Below, one piece after another: positions 8,373 to 17,121 of a DNA stretch of 32,000 nucleotides. The stretch is taken from positions 1,980,001 to 2,012,000 of the forward strand of contig JALDRA010000001.1 in NCBI GenBank assembly GCA_031316235.1, written 5' to 3'. This DNA is from Candidatus Scalindua sp. Lineage in GTDB: Bacteria; Planctomycetota; Brocadiia; Brocadiales; Scalinduaceae. How positions within the stretch are numbered: the first letter of the stretch is position 1; every line of letters begins with the position of its first letter. The notes below the pieces were generated by a model, which saw nothing but the letters and a program-made list of their open reading frames with translations, was not told the DNA's origin and did no database searches. The position numbers and the translations under genes are program-made.

Positions 8373-9857
8373 ATGAAAAATACAATGGAAACTTTCTGCA
8401 ACATGGCAGGGATGAAGGAAGATATGGTCAAGAACAGGCTTGGCCAGTACTTTTGCCTGTCAATTCTGGCAGGTATGTATATCGGGTTTGGAATACTCCT
8501 TATTTTCACCCTAGGGGCTGAGTTCGCTAGTGCGTCCTCTGTTGCCGTTAAGTTGGTGATGGGCAGTGCGTTCGCTCTCGCCCTGTTACTCGTCGTCTTT
8601 GCGGGGGCAGAACTGTTTACGGGCAACAACATGGTGATGTTTATCGGCGCCATTAGAGGCAGGTGCGGATGGGGAATGATGATCTGGCTGTGGGTTGTCT
8701 GCTATTTCGGTAACCTGGCCGGGGCCTTAATGCTGGCCGGAGTCATGTCCTGCACGGGACTGGCGGACGGGAACGTTACCGGTGGATTTATCGGAAAGGT
8801 TGCGAGCGCCAAGATGAATGCCGGATTCTGGTTTCTGTTTACCAGGGGCATACTCTGTAACATGCTGGTATGTCTGGCCGTCTGGATGTCGGCAAGGGCA
8901 AAGGATGACGCTTCAAAGATCTTTCTCATATTCTGGTGCCTCTTTGCCTTCATCGCCTGCGGTTTTGAGCACAGCATCGCCAATATGACGATTTTTGGAA
9001 CAAGTCTCATGACCATACATCCGGATACCGTCAGCGTTGGGGGTTTTGCCTGGAACATGTTACCCGTTACCCTGGGGAACATTATCGGCGGTATGTTTAT
9101 CGGGGGTATGTACTGTTTCGTTACCTACGCGCCGGTCCAGGAGATACTTGCACGAGATGGAGGACGGAAGATACATGCGCAAGATGGAGGAGTAGCATTG
9201 CTCATGGAAGCTATGGATGAGAGTGATCAGGATGTGATCGATGGCGGAGGTGATGCGGTAAATCTGAAGAACCGGTTGCAGCCGCTGCTGGTAGAAGACC
9301 GGCTGGTTGCTGAAGGTGAAAAAGTCAGGAAACAGGAAAGTCCGTTGAATCAGGTTGTTCCACAGGGTCAATTGTATGCGCAGAAATATATCACTGCTGC
9401 CGAGTCATGCGTTAAAGAGCTGACACAATGGTGTGACCAGCTCAGTTCGGTCTTGACTCACCTCAGGTCGCAGACGCATGCACTCTCCTACGATGAATTC
9501 TCTGAGATTTTGATACAGCTTCAAATTCAAAGAGATGCACAAAGCCCGATTTACCTGAAAGATGCACTTGTCCGTAAATTGGCAGAGGAGATGTGTCCCG
9601 ATTTTGAAAAATATGCGCGTAGCAAAGGAACAATAAAGTCCCTTGCTGCCTCCGATATCCTGCCAGGCGATGCCCGGAACAAAATTACGGGATTTCTTCA
9701 GCTCTGCAGCAAGGCAGAAGCCACTACCTTGAAAGTGAAAAATCCTGCGAACTATGGCAGAGAACTTTCCGGTGCGCATTCGCTCCTGGCTGAAGCAATT
9801 TACGAGCTTAACGTGCTCAAATTTGAGTTAAACGAGAATTTTGCCGCGTTGTCGTAA
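8373..9857 (+). CDS. Formate/nitrite transporter (FNT) family channel with a long C-terminal cytoplasmic extension
   Basis: The N-terminal ~250 aa carry six hydrophobic segments and FNT signatures (AELFTGNNMV, central His in GFEHSIANMT). Residues ~253-494 are hydrophilic, predicted helical, and match nothing I recognise. Strong SD AGGAGGGGG 9 nt upstream. Confidence 0.85.
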   Translation: MKNTMETFCNMAGMKEDMVKNRLGQYFCLSILAGMYIGFGILLIFTLGAEFASASSVAVKLVMGSAFALALLLVVFAGAELFTGNNMVMFIGAIRGRCGWGMMIWLWVVCYFGNLAGALMLAGVMSCTGLADGNVTGGFIGKVASAKMNAGFWFLFTRGILCNMLVCLAVWMSARAKDDASKIFLIFWCLFAFIACGFEHSIANMTIFGTSLMTIHPDTVSVGGFAWNMLPVTLGNIIGGMFIGGMYCFVTYAPVQEILARDGGRKIHAQDGGVALLMEAMDESDQDVIDGGGDAVNLKNRLQPLLVEDRLVAEGEKVRKQESPLNQVVPQGQLYAQKYITAAESCVKELTQWCDQLSSVLTHLRSQTHALSYDEFSEILIQLQIQRDAQSPIYLKDALVRKLAEEMCPDFEKYARSKGTIKSLAASDILPGDARNKITGFLQLCSKAEATTLKVKNPANYGRELSGAHSLLAEAIYELNVLKFELNENFAALS

Positions 9858-9902
9858 TTTCAGAGTAAAATTCAGGTTTTGAGGTATTGCTATTTAGCTG
9901 AG

Positions 9903-9980
9903 CAGAAGAGCACAACCATGGTCGGGGGTATCTGGTAGGCGAAATTCCAGTTATCTGACCATGGTTGTGTGCTTCTTCTG
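9903..9980 (+). terminator. Long imperfect hairpin downstream of the FNT gene (possible terminator or attenuator)
   Basis: Perfect 13-bp core: CACAACCATGGTC at 9911-9923 pairs with GACCATGGTTGTG at 9957-9969. About 7 further outer pairs follow a 3-nt bulge. The loop is 33 nt and no U-run follows. Confidence 0.35.
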
Positions 9981-10237
9981 TCTATTGTGACTTCATTGCT
10001 GAATGGTTTTAGCTTCTCATATGTCCACCCGCTGTGCTTGAAAAGTATCGGCTCATGTAAAATTGAGTAAGAGTTTTGGATTTTGCCGGTTAAAAAGAGA
10101 AATTTTAGGAGGGGTTCTCTTTTTTCTGCTACAATCTGTTCCTGGAATTTTGCACTTGTAGAATACGTGAAAAAAAATAAGGGGCGGTTCAGATAGCCGA
10201 CCTATTACACATAAGATCTTTAAGTGAGGAGAATGGC

Positions 10238-10768
10238 GTGATGTCGTTAATTAATAGTATCTATAATCAGGTAAAAGGGTTGCCCAGAGCGCCGCAGCCG
10301 GCAATACCCGCGCGAGAGATATGGATTACTCTCATAGCTACGATCATTGGTCTGGGAGTTACGGGAGCATTGGCTTATAAATGGAGCTGTCCCATGTTAG
10401 CTGGACCTTTTGGTTCAACAGCAACAATCATTTACGGCGCTTACAAGGCGCCTTTGGCACAACCAAGAAATGTTTTATTAGGTCATTTTCTCAGCGCGTT
10501 AACGGGCGTTGCCGTTTATGATTTTTTTGGTACCACTTGGTGGTCTATTGCGCTTGGCGTTGCCATTGCCACTATTTTCATGGCGGCAACCTATTCTATG
10601 CACCCGCCTGCTGGTGCCACTGCATACGTGGCGGTTCTGACAGGAGGTTTGGGCCAGGGGTATAGTTTCATATTAAATCCTATTATGATAGGGGTCTTTA
10701 TTTTAACGCTGGTTGCTGTTTTGGTAAGCAAAGCCGCAAAGAGGGATTATCCTACGCATTGGTGGTAA
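10238..10768 (+). CDS. HPP-family integral membrane protein (family with demonstrated nitrite transport in cyanobacteria and chloroplasts)
   Basis: 176 aa with four hydrophobic helices and the eponymous motif in YSMHPPAGATAY. GAGGAG SD upstream. The start is either GTG 10238 or ATG 10241. Confidence 0.75.
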   Translation: MMSLINSIYNQVKGLPRAPQPAIPAREIWITLIATIIGLGVTGALAYKWSCPMLAGPFGSTATIIYGAYKAPLAQPRNVLLGHFLSALTGVAVYDFFGTTWWSIALGVAIATIFMAATYSMHPPAGATAYVAVLTGGLGQGYSFILNPIMIGVFILTLVAVLVSKAAKRDYPTHWW

Positions 10769-11046
10769 CCAGCTTTTTCCCATTGGACGAGCCCTTATCA
10801 ACAGTTGCCTTTCGGTACCGAGCGTTCGCTTCAGATAGACCTCGTTTTTCATTCCATCGGTAGAGGCGGGTGCTGTTCATACATTTTTTGCGAAAAGTGA
10901 TAGCTTGTTTCGTTAAGATGAAGCACTTTTTTGTTTTCTCAAGATACTCGATTATTAAAAGAATGACGGAGGATTGACTTCTCCGTTAACCTAACCGGGG
11001 GTTTGTGTGTACACATGATAAAAAATGTAAATTTACGGAGAAAAAA

Positions 11047-12636
11047 ATGAAAATCTCGATTAAAAATTATATCATCATTTTGCTGATAATATTTACCCTT
11101 CTTCCCTTCATACTGTTACGGCTTATTGCATATCCGAAAATTAATTCCGATCTCAAAACGGTCATTATGAGTAATCTTGAGATTATCGGACACAAGCAGA
11201 CGGAATTGGTAACCACGTGGATGCGTGAGAGGATGAAAGACGCTATCGTGGTAGCAAGTAACCCTTTTATCGCGAAGAGTATTGATCTCAAGCTGGATGA
11301 CGAAGATTTTAAAAAGACGTTAAGGCATTTAGAAACGGTGATCATCGAATATGGCTACAAGGGGGCCTTTGTTGCGGACGCTAACGGAAAAGTCATAGTC
11401 GCCACGGTTTCTGATAATATAGGGAGAGACATCTCAAAAACCGATTATTTCAAGAGCGCGATGCAGGGAAAAACGTATGCAACGAGCATCATTCCCTCTG
11501 AAATTCCGCTTTTAAATGAGTTTGAGGTGAAGGAGATAGGCCTGCCGACCATGTTTGTTTCCACTCCTCTCAAGGATGAAGACAGGATAATTGGCGTTGT
11601 TTCATTGAGGATTCATGTCAGCACCCTGAGCAATCTGCTACAGAGTTATAAGTTTGGAAAAACAGGGGAGACTTTTCTTGTCAACAAAGATGGGTATATG
11701 CTTACCGAATCAAGGTTTACAGAGCAGTTGCAAAAATTAGGTCTCATCAAGACACGTAGTGCTTTAGAGTTGAGGTTGACCGAACTGGGTGAAGAAAATC
11801 TGACGTATGGAGTGCAGCAGTGTATCTCAGGCAAAAGCGGTTTCGATGCAAAAGGGTACAAGGATTATGCCGGTATTGAGGTTCTCGGAGTGTGGAACTG
11901 GTCACCCGAGTTTAACTGGGGCGTAGTGACGGAGATAGACAGGGGTGAGGCCTACGGGGCTGCGTATAATCTTAAGTACATCGTGACTGCCCTCTTATTG
12001 GCAATCGCGTTTCCCATTATCGTGGTTGCCTACTTCGTTGGGAAAAAGTTCTCTGCTCCGATTATTCAATTGACCGAAATAACGAAAAAGATGGCAGAAG
12101 GAGATCTCACCCAGCGAGCCAACGTAACGAGCAGGGAAGATGAGATCGGTGTCCTGGCAAAATCTTTCAATACCATGGCGGAAAACATCAGTAAAAAGAA
12201 TAAGGAGGTTGAGGAGTCCGAGAGTCGATACCGTGAGCTTTTTGACTCTCTGAAGGCCGGTATTTATCAGTGTGAACCAGGAGTTTTTGGTGTTTTCACG
12301 TGGGTCAATCAGGCCTGTGCCGAAATGTTTGGTTACCAATCACCTGAGGAGATGATCGGTACTACGGTGAAAGATATTTACGTAGATACTGAGGATAGAG
12401 ACAGGCTTATTAAAAAGCTCGAAAAGGAGCATGTCTGGAAGGATTTTGAATCCCTATGCAAAAAGAAAAACGGCGAACATTTTTACACCGAAAGGACCTC
12501 GAATCTGGTAAGGGATGCGGAAGGGAAGGCCATACGTATTGACGGGGTAATCAGGGATATAAGTGATAAGAAACCTTTAGGCAGCGGTGGTGGATCGAAG
12601 AGGGTGAAACAGGAACAGAGCGATAAAGGCAATTGA
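11047..12636 (+). CDS. Membrane sensor protein: Cache (periplasmic) - TM - HAMP - PAS, with no recognisable output domain
   Basis: N-terminal TM (IIILLIIFTLLPFILLRLI). Cache-like periplasmic region (…GKVIVATVSDNIGRDISKTDYFKSAMQGK…GKTGETFLVNKDGYMLTESRF). Second TM (IVTALLLAIAFPIIVVAYFV). HAMP (APIIQLTEITKKMAEGDLTQRA…IGVLAKSFNTMAENI). PAS (ESRYRELFDSL…IRIDGVIRDISDKK). It ends at tandem stops TGA TAA after a Gly/Ser tail. Start moved to ATG 11047, with GGAG 7 nt upstream. Confidence 0.8.
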   Translation: MKISIKNYIIILLIIFTLLPFILLRLIAYPKINSDLKTVIMSNLEIIGHKQTELVTTWMRERMKDAIVVASNPFIAKSIDLKLDDEDFKKTLRHLETVIIEYGYKGAFVADANGKVIVATVSDNIGRDISKTDYFKSAMQGKTYATSIIPSEIPLLNEFEVKEIGLPTMFVSTPLKDEDRIIGVVSLRIHVSTLSNLLQSYKFGKTGETFLVNKDGYMLTESRFTEQLQKLGLIKTRSALELRLTELGEENLTYGVQQCISGKSGFDAKGYKDYAGIEVLGVWNWSPEFNWGVVTEIDRGEAYGAAYNLKYIVTALLLAIAFPIIVVAYFVGKKFSAPIIQLTEITKKMAEGDLTQRANVTSREDEIGVLAKSFNTMAENISKKNKEVEESESRYRELFDSLKAGIYQCEPGVFGVFTWVNQACAEMFGYQSPEEMIGTTVKDIYVDTEDRDRLIKKLEKEHVWKDFESLCKKKNGEHFYTERTSNLVRDAEGKAIRIDGVIRDISDKKPLGSGGGSKRVKQEQSDKGN

Positions 12637-12728
12637 TAAAAAAAGAGGGTGTATCCTTCGAAAAAAATGAGAGACAGGGTGTTTATACTAAGAGAAATTT
12701 CAATACACAGTACAAGGAGTGGAAAGAA

Positions 12729-13121
12729 ATGGGAAATGGAAAAAGTACGGGTCTTTCCGTTAACGCGAAGACCGTTGTGATGATACTGCTGTTTTTGAAT
12801 GTGGGTTTTACCGTCAAGATGATAAATAAATACAATGAAATGAAGGACGCCGGTTATGTCAGGGAAAAGACCTTCGAAGAGCAGATGCAGAAAAGGGTTA
12901 TGAGGGCCTTCGGTTCCATAGAAGAGATGAATAAAATAGTTGAAGATGCTTCAAAGCAGAGAGAGGAGGCGGAAAATATTGTGAAATCAATGAAAGAGCA
13001 CGCTGCCGAAAATAAGCGTATAAACAATGAACTTGCTTCCGCAAAGACCGAGCTTTTGGCTGAACGGTCCAGGTTACAAACTACGATAAAAGAGCTTAAG
13101 GAAAAGTTGAAAGAAAAGTGA
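12729..13121 (+). CDS. Small membrane-anchored coiled-coil protein, function unknown
   Basis: ATG 12729 lies 9 nt after AAGGAG. There is one N-terminal TM (TVVMILLFLNVGFTV) followed by a ~95-aa charged heptad-like segment (…EEAENIVKSMKEHAAENKRINNELASAKTELLAERSRLQTTIKELKEKLKEK). The track's TTG start at 12633 is unlikely. Confidence 0.55.
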   Translation: MGNGKSTGLSVNAKTVVMILLFLNVGFTVKMINKYNEMKDAGYVREKTFEEQMQKRVMRAFGSIEEMNKIVEDASKQREEAENIVKSMKEHAAENKRINNELASAKTELLAERSRLQTTIKELKEKLKEK

Positions 13122-13159
13122 GATTAAAAAGGAAGATTTCCATAAGCATGGATCGGGAG

Positions 13160-13202
13160 AAACAGAAAAGGCCAGGTTCCTGAAACCTGGCCTTTTCTGT
13201 TT
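13160..13202 (+). terminator. Rho-independent terminator after the sensor / coiled-coil gene pair
   Basis: Perfect 19-bp stem: AAACAGAAAAGGCCAGGTT at 13160-13178 pairs with AACCTGGCCTTTTCTGTTT at 13184-13202, with loop CCTGA. The 3' arm is U-rich. Confidence 0.7.
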
Positions 13203-13639
13203 AAAGATCTAGGTGTACACAAGAAATAGTTGGCAGCAGTCAGCATAATTACTCTTTTCGGTTATCTTTTTTTTCTTAGAGAAGGATTACAGTAATTTAG
13301 AATTTTATAGAAGTTATTAGATTATATGGATGATAAGAACAAGTATCCAATCAGGCCCTCATTATAACTAAGAGCTTGTAATCTCGAAGCTTATGCATTA
13401 CAGGACGATACTGTTCATAAAAGAGAATTATTGGTATTTGTTTTGCTATTTTTATTGTAGTAGAATATTAAGAGGAGCGTTGTGGGATCTCAGAAAGAGA
13501 TCCAGATAGTGGAAGGCTGTTATCTGGCCTTATCCGGGCAGGACCGAAAGGAGGGAGGAAAGGGATTGATAAATCAGGCACAGTAGAGAGAAAAATAGTA
13601 AGTTGTTTTTTTCAGTTTTTTAGAAAGGGGAAATATTAA

Positions 13640-14167
13640 ATGAGAAAGATAAACCAGGTATGTTTGGGTCTGTTTTGCGCATTTGTTTTAACCGTTGGGG
13701 TTTTTGGAGTTTCATTGAAATACGATACCGCTTACGGCGGAGACCTGACGGATATAAATGTACATGAAACAACTCCAACACGGGCCCTTATGCAGATAAT
13801 CAGTTCGCATACATCCAAAATACTCGATGCAATTTTGATTGGAGATTTTCATGCCGTTATTGATGAGACAAATAAGGTGAGCAAGATCAGCAGAAACCTG
13901 ACAAACATGTTCTTCCCGGAAGGTGCTGAAGGACGTGAGTTCAAGGTTGAAGGAGGGGAAAAATCCAAAAAAATTACAAAAAAGGAATTTGAAAAGTATG
14001 TAACGATGGTAACGGAATCTACCGAGAAAATAGCGGAATCTTCGAAAACTGAAAATATCGTTGAAGCCTACAATAGTTTCGACAAAATGTTGAGGGACGC
14101 GTGTTTTGCCTGCCACACAGTCTCCCGTATCGACTGGCCGGATTTTATGAAGGCAGCTGGAGGTTAA
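13640..14167 (+). CDS. Class II cytochrome c (cytochrome c-prime / c-556 family), secreted
   Basis: Signal peptide (LGLFCAFVLTVGVFGVS). The mature part is about 140 aa and helical, with a single heme motif CFACH about 20 aa from the C-terminus, which is the class II four-helix-bundle layout. Five- versus six-coordinate heme cannot be decided by eye. Confidence 0.6.
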   Translation: MRKINQVCLGLFCAFVLTVGVFGVSLKYDTAYGGDLTDINVHETTPTRALMQIISSHTSKILDAILIGDFHAVIDETNKVSKISRNLTNMFFPEGAEGREFKVEGGEKSKKITKKEFEKYVTMVTESTEKIAESSKTENIVEAYNSFDKMLRDACFACHTVSRIDWPDFMKAAGG

Positions 14168-14174
14168 TTGGTAT

Positions 14175-14215
14175 CAAACGCATGTGCCACTGCGGCGCAT
14201 GCGTTTGTTCTTTTC
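14175..14215 (+). terminator. Terminator hairpin between the convergent cytochrome c and pntB genes
   Basis: CAAACGCATGTGCC at 14175-14188 pairs with GGCGCATGCGTTTG at 14194-14207. That is 14 bp with one mismatch and loop ACTGC, followed by TTCTTTTCG. Confidence 0.6.
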
Positions 14216-14304
14216 GTATTGTTTCCCCGCCCATAGAGTTCCAGCCGGTATAGAATGTCAGGAATACACCGGCAATAATGATAATCCTCCCTTTCATCAT
14301 TGCT

Positions 14305-15678
14305 TTAAAATTTGAGTATTTTTATCATTCTGCCGATGCTCTCTTTTGCGTCACCAAAAATCATCATTGTCTTTTGGTTATAGAAGAGTTCGTTGTCTAC
14401 ACCGGAAAATCCCGGGCTCAAACTCCGTTTGCAGATGATTACGTTCCTTGCTTTGTCGGCATTTAATATCGGCATACCATACAGAGGGCTCTTTTTATCG
14501 CCCCGTGCGTCCGGATTAATCACATCGTTTGCCCCAACAACCAATGCAACATCGGTATTCTGGAAATCATCGTTAATGTCGCCGAGATCGAAAAGCAGAT
14601 CGTAAGGAACATTTGCATCTGCAAGAAGAACATTCATGTGGCCCGGCATACGCCCCGCAACAGGATGAATAGCAAAGCGGATTTCCTTACCGCCTTTTTC
14701 GATCAGGATTTTTACCAATTCATGTAAGACAAACTGGGCCTGGGCAACTGCAAGACCGTAACCGGGAATAACAATAATCGATTCTGCACTCTCAAGCACC
14801 ATTGCCGCATCTTCTTCGGTATATTTTATCACTTTCCTCTCCTCTTCCTTCCGTTCATCTCCAGCAACAGCGCCCCCAACAGCTCCAAAAATCACGTTAG
14901 AAAGAGAGCGGTTCATTGCTCTGCACATAATACGCGTAAGAATCATACCTGAAGCGCCCACTAGAGCCCCGGCTATGATAAGAACATTATTCGAAAGGAT
15001 AAAACCCGTCGAAGCAGCGGCTAGTCCAGATAAGGAGTTCAGTAATGATATGACCACAGGCATATCTGCTCCGCCTATAGGAACAACAAATAAGATCCCC
15101 AATACAAGAGCAACCGCAAGAATTGCTAATAGACAGGTGCTGTTGAGAGGATAGATCACGACAAGAACACTTAAGATGAGGAATGACGTGAAAAGCAGGA
15201 AGTTTAAAGATCTTTGCATCCTGAAAACTACAGGAGCCGATTTAAGCAATCCCTGCAATTTTCCAAAGGCCACAAGGCTGCCCGCAAAAGCCAGGGCACC
15301 GATGAACAAACTTATTACCATTGAGACAATCACACTCTTTTCAAGGAGATCGTCGCTGCGTGAGTATTCGGCCAATGCGACAAAAGCTGATGCCCCGCCG
15401 CCAAGCCCGTTAAAAAGTGCAACAATTTGCGGCATGGCCGTCATCTCGACTTTTTTAGCAACAATGGCCCCTATTGCACCTCCAGTAACGAGGCCGATAA
15501 TAATAAAAGAAAAATGTAGAATTTCCTTATCAAATAGCGTTACGACAATTGCTATCAGCATACCAGTCATGGCAAGCAGGTTTCCCCTGCGCGCACTCTT
15601 GGGTGAATTAAGATCTTTAAGGCCCAGGATAAACAATATTGATGAGAGGAGATAAGCAAGTGTTGTTATCGTTGTCAT
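14305..15678 (-). CDS. pntB: NAD(P) transhydrogenase subunit beta
   Basis: Polytopic N-terminal membrane domain plus a C-terminal NADP(H)-binding domain with PGYGLAVAQAQ and GRMPGHMNVLLADANVPYD. Start set at ATG 15678 (MTTITTLAYLL…), 10 nt after the pntAB stop. The track's 15771 start overlaps the upstream gene. Confidence 0.92.
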   Translation of the reverse strand: MTTITTLAYLLSSILFILGLKDLNSPKSARRGNLLAMTGMLIAIVVTLFDKEILHFSFIIIGLVTGGAIGAIVAKKVEMTAMPQIVALFNGLGGGASAFVALAEYSRSDDLLEKSVIVSMVISLFIGALAFAGSLVAFGKLQGLLKSAPVVFRMQRSLNFLLFTSFLILSVLVVIYPLNSTCLLAILAVALVLGILFVVPIGGADMPVVISLLNSLSGLAAASTGFILSNNVLIIAGALVGASGMILTRIMCRAMNRSLSNVIFGAVGGAVAGDERKEEERKVIKYTEEDAAMVLESAESIIVIPGYGLAVAQAQFVLHELVKILIEKGGKEIRFAIHPVAGRMPGHMNVLLADANVPYDLLFDLGDINDDFQNTDVALVVGANDVINPDARGDKKSPLYGMPILNADKARNVIICKRSLSPGFSGVDNELFYNQKTMMIFGDAKESIGRMIKILKF

Positions 15679-15688
15679 AATGGTACTT

Positions 15689-15982
15689 TCAGTCTCTCTT
15701 TCTGTCTTTCTTGAACATTTCCAACATTCGGTCTGTAACCAGAAATCCGCCAACAACATTGATAGTGGCAAATATTACGGCCAGCGTCCCCAGTATTGCA
15801 CTGACCCATGAGTCTCCCGCGCCGGCGCTAATGAGCGATCCGACAAGTGTTATACCTGAAATTGCGTTTGTTCCCGACATGAGCGGAGTATGTAAAAGCG
15901 GAGGAACCTTTGTGATAAGCTCGAAACCGACAAATACTGCAAGGACAAAGATATAAATTGATAGTATCAGTAATTCAATCAT
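15689..15982 (-). CDS. pntAB: NAD(P) transhydrogenase subunit alpha part 2 (membrane)
   Basis: 97 aa with three hydrophobic helices (…HTPLMSGTNAISGITLVG…). It lies between the alpha-1 and beta genes and overlaps the alpha-1 stop by 4 nt. Confidence 0.88.
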   Translation of the reverse strand: MIELLILSIYIFVLAVFVGFELITKVPPLLHTPLMSGTNAISGITLVGSLISAGAGDSWVSAILGTLAVIFATINVVGGFLVTDRMLEMFKKDRKRD

Positions 15983-17121
15983 ACGCCGGACTCCTTTTCA
16001 AATGCCTTTTCTACCGCTTCATTCAGGATTTTACCGTTGTGAGTAATACAGGTACTCTTGGTTATTTCATCTTCAAAGTCAAAAGAACCCTCTTTCGCTG
16101 CATGCAAATGGCGAAAAAAGGTTATGATGTTTTTTGAATACATTCTGCTCGCATCTACCGGAAGAGTAGATGGCAGGTTAGAGTCTCCACATATGACAAC
16201 ATCGTATTTAACGGTAGTTTTTCCCGCTTCCGAAAGTTCACAGTTTCCTCCCTGTCCTGCGGCAAGATCAACGATTACAGACCCTCTCTTCATTGTCTTT
16301 ACCATTTCTTCAGTTATCAGGACAGGCGCCTTGCCTCCAAAGACTTGAGCTGTTGTAATTACCACATCATTAAGGCAGATCCTGTTCCCGATAACCTCTC
16401 TCTCCTTCTTGATGAATTCTGCCGACAACTCTTTTGCGTACCCGTTTGCAGTCTCTGCATCTTTGACGGGTTCCATCTCTACAAAATGCGCACCCAGGCT
16501 TTCTATCTGCTCTCTTACCGCCGGTCGGGTATCGAATGCTTCTACATGTGCCCCAAGTCTGCGGGCGGTAGCAATTGCCTGCAGACCTGCAACACCTGCC
16601 CCGAGTACAAAAACCTTGGCTGGTGGGATAGTTCCGGCCGCTGTCATCATGAGCGGAAAGAATTTACCCAGGTGGTGAGCTGCCAGAGTAACCGCTCGAT
16701 ATCCTGCAATATTTGCCATGGAACTAAGAGCATCCATGCTTTGAGTTCGTGCAATTCGAGGGATACACTCCATGGCAAAACTGGTGACACGCATATCCTT
16801 CATATCCCGTATGATATCCAACCGTGATGTGGCAAATAAAAACCCTATGTATGTTGATTGTGGTTTCACCATCTCAACTTCAGACTTTGTAAGAGGATGA
16901 ATCTTTAAAATCACCTCTGCACCTGCATAAAGATCTTTTACCTGAGGGACAACGAATGCTCCGCTTTTTTCGTATTCACTGTTCAGAAAAAACGATTCGT
17001 ATCCCGCATCTTTTTCGATGTACACTTCATGATTATCTTTTCTCAGCTGTTCAACCATTTTTGGAATAACTGCAACCCGCCTTTCTCCATCAAAAACCTC
17101 TTTTGGTATCCCTATTTTCAT
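15979..17121 (-). CDS. pntAA: NAD(P) transhydrogenase subunit alpha part 1 (soluble NAD(H)-binding, alanine-dehydrogenase-like)
   Basis: MKIGIPKEVFDGERRVAVIP… N-terminus and Rossmann motif VFVLGAGVAGLQAIATARRLGA. It is the first gene of a three-gene pnt operon. Confidence 0.92.
   Translation of the reverse strand: MKIGIPKEVFDGERRVAVIPKMVEQLRKDNHEVYIEKDAGYESFFLNSEYEKSGAFVVPQVKDLYAGAEVILKIHPLTKSEVEMVKPQSTYIGFLFATSRLDIIRDMKDMRVTSFAMECIPRIARTQSMDALSSMANIAGYRAVTLAAHHLGKFFPLMMTAAGTIPPAKVFVLGAGVAGLQAIATARRLGAHVEAFDTRPAVREQIESLGAHFVEMEPVKDAETANGYAKELSAEFIKKEREVIGNRICLNDVVITTAQVFGGKAPVLITEEMVKTMKRGSVIVDLAAGQGGNCELSEAGKTTVKYDVVICGDSNLPSTLPVDASRMYSKNIITFFRHLHAAKEGSFDFEDEITKSTCITHNGKILNEAVEKAFEKESGV

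Noticed and set aside
8369-9779. Minus-strand ORFs antisense to the FNT gene (8369-8653, 8702-9082, 9060-9371, 9405-9779)
   Set aside because: They are shadow frames of a gene with clear FNT signatures, and none has motifs or translation signals.
15679-15771. Track start at 15771 for pntB
   Set aside because: It would overlap the pntAB coding region by about 80 nt and add a non-hydrophobic leader. ATG 15678 follows the pntAB stop by 10 nt and starts the expected first TM helix.
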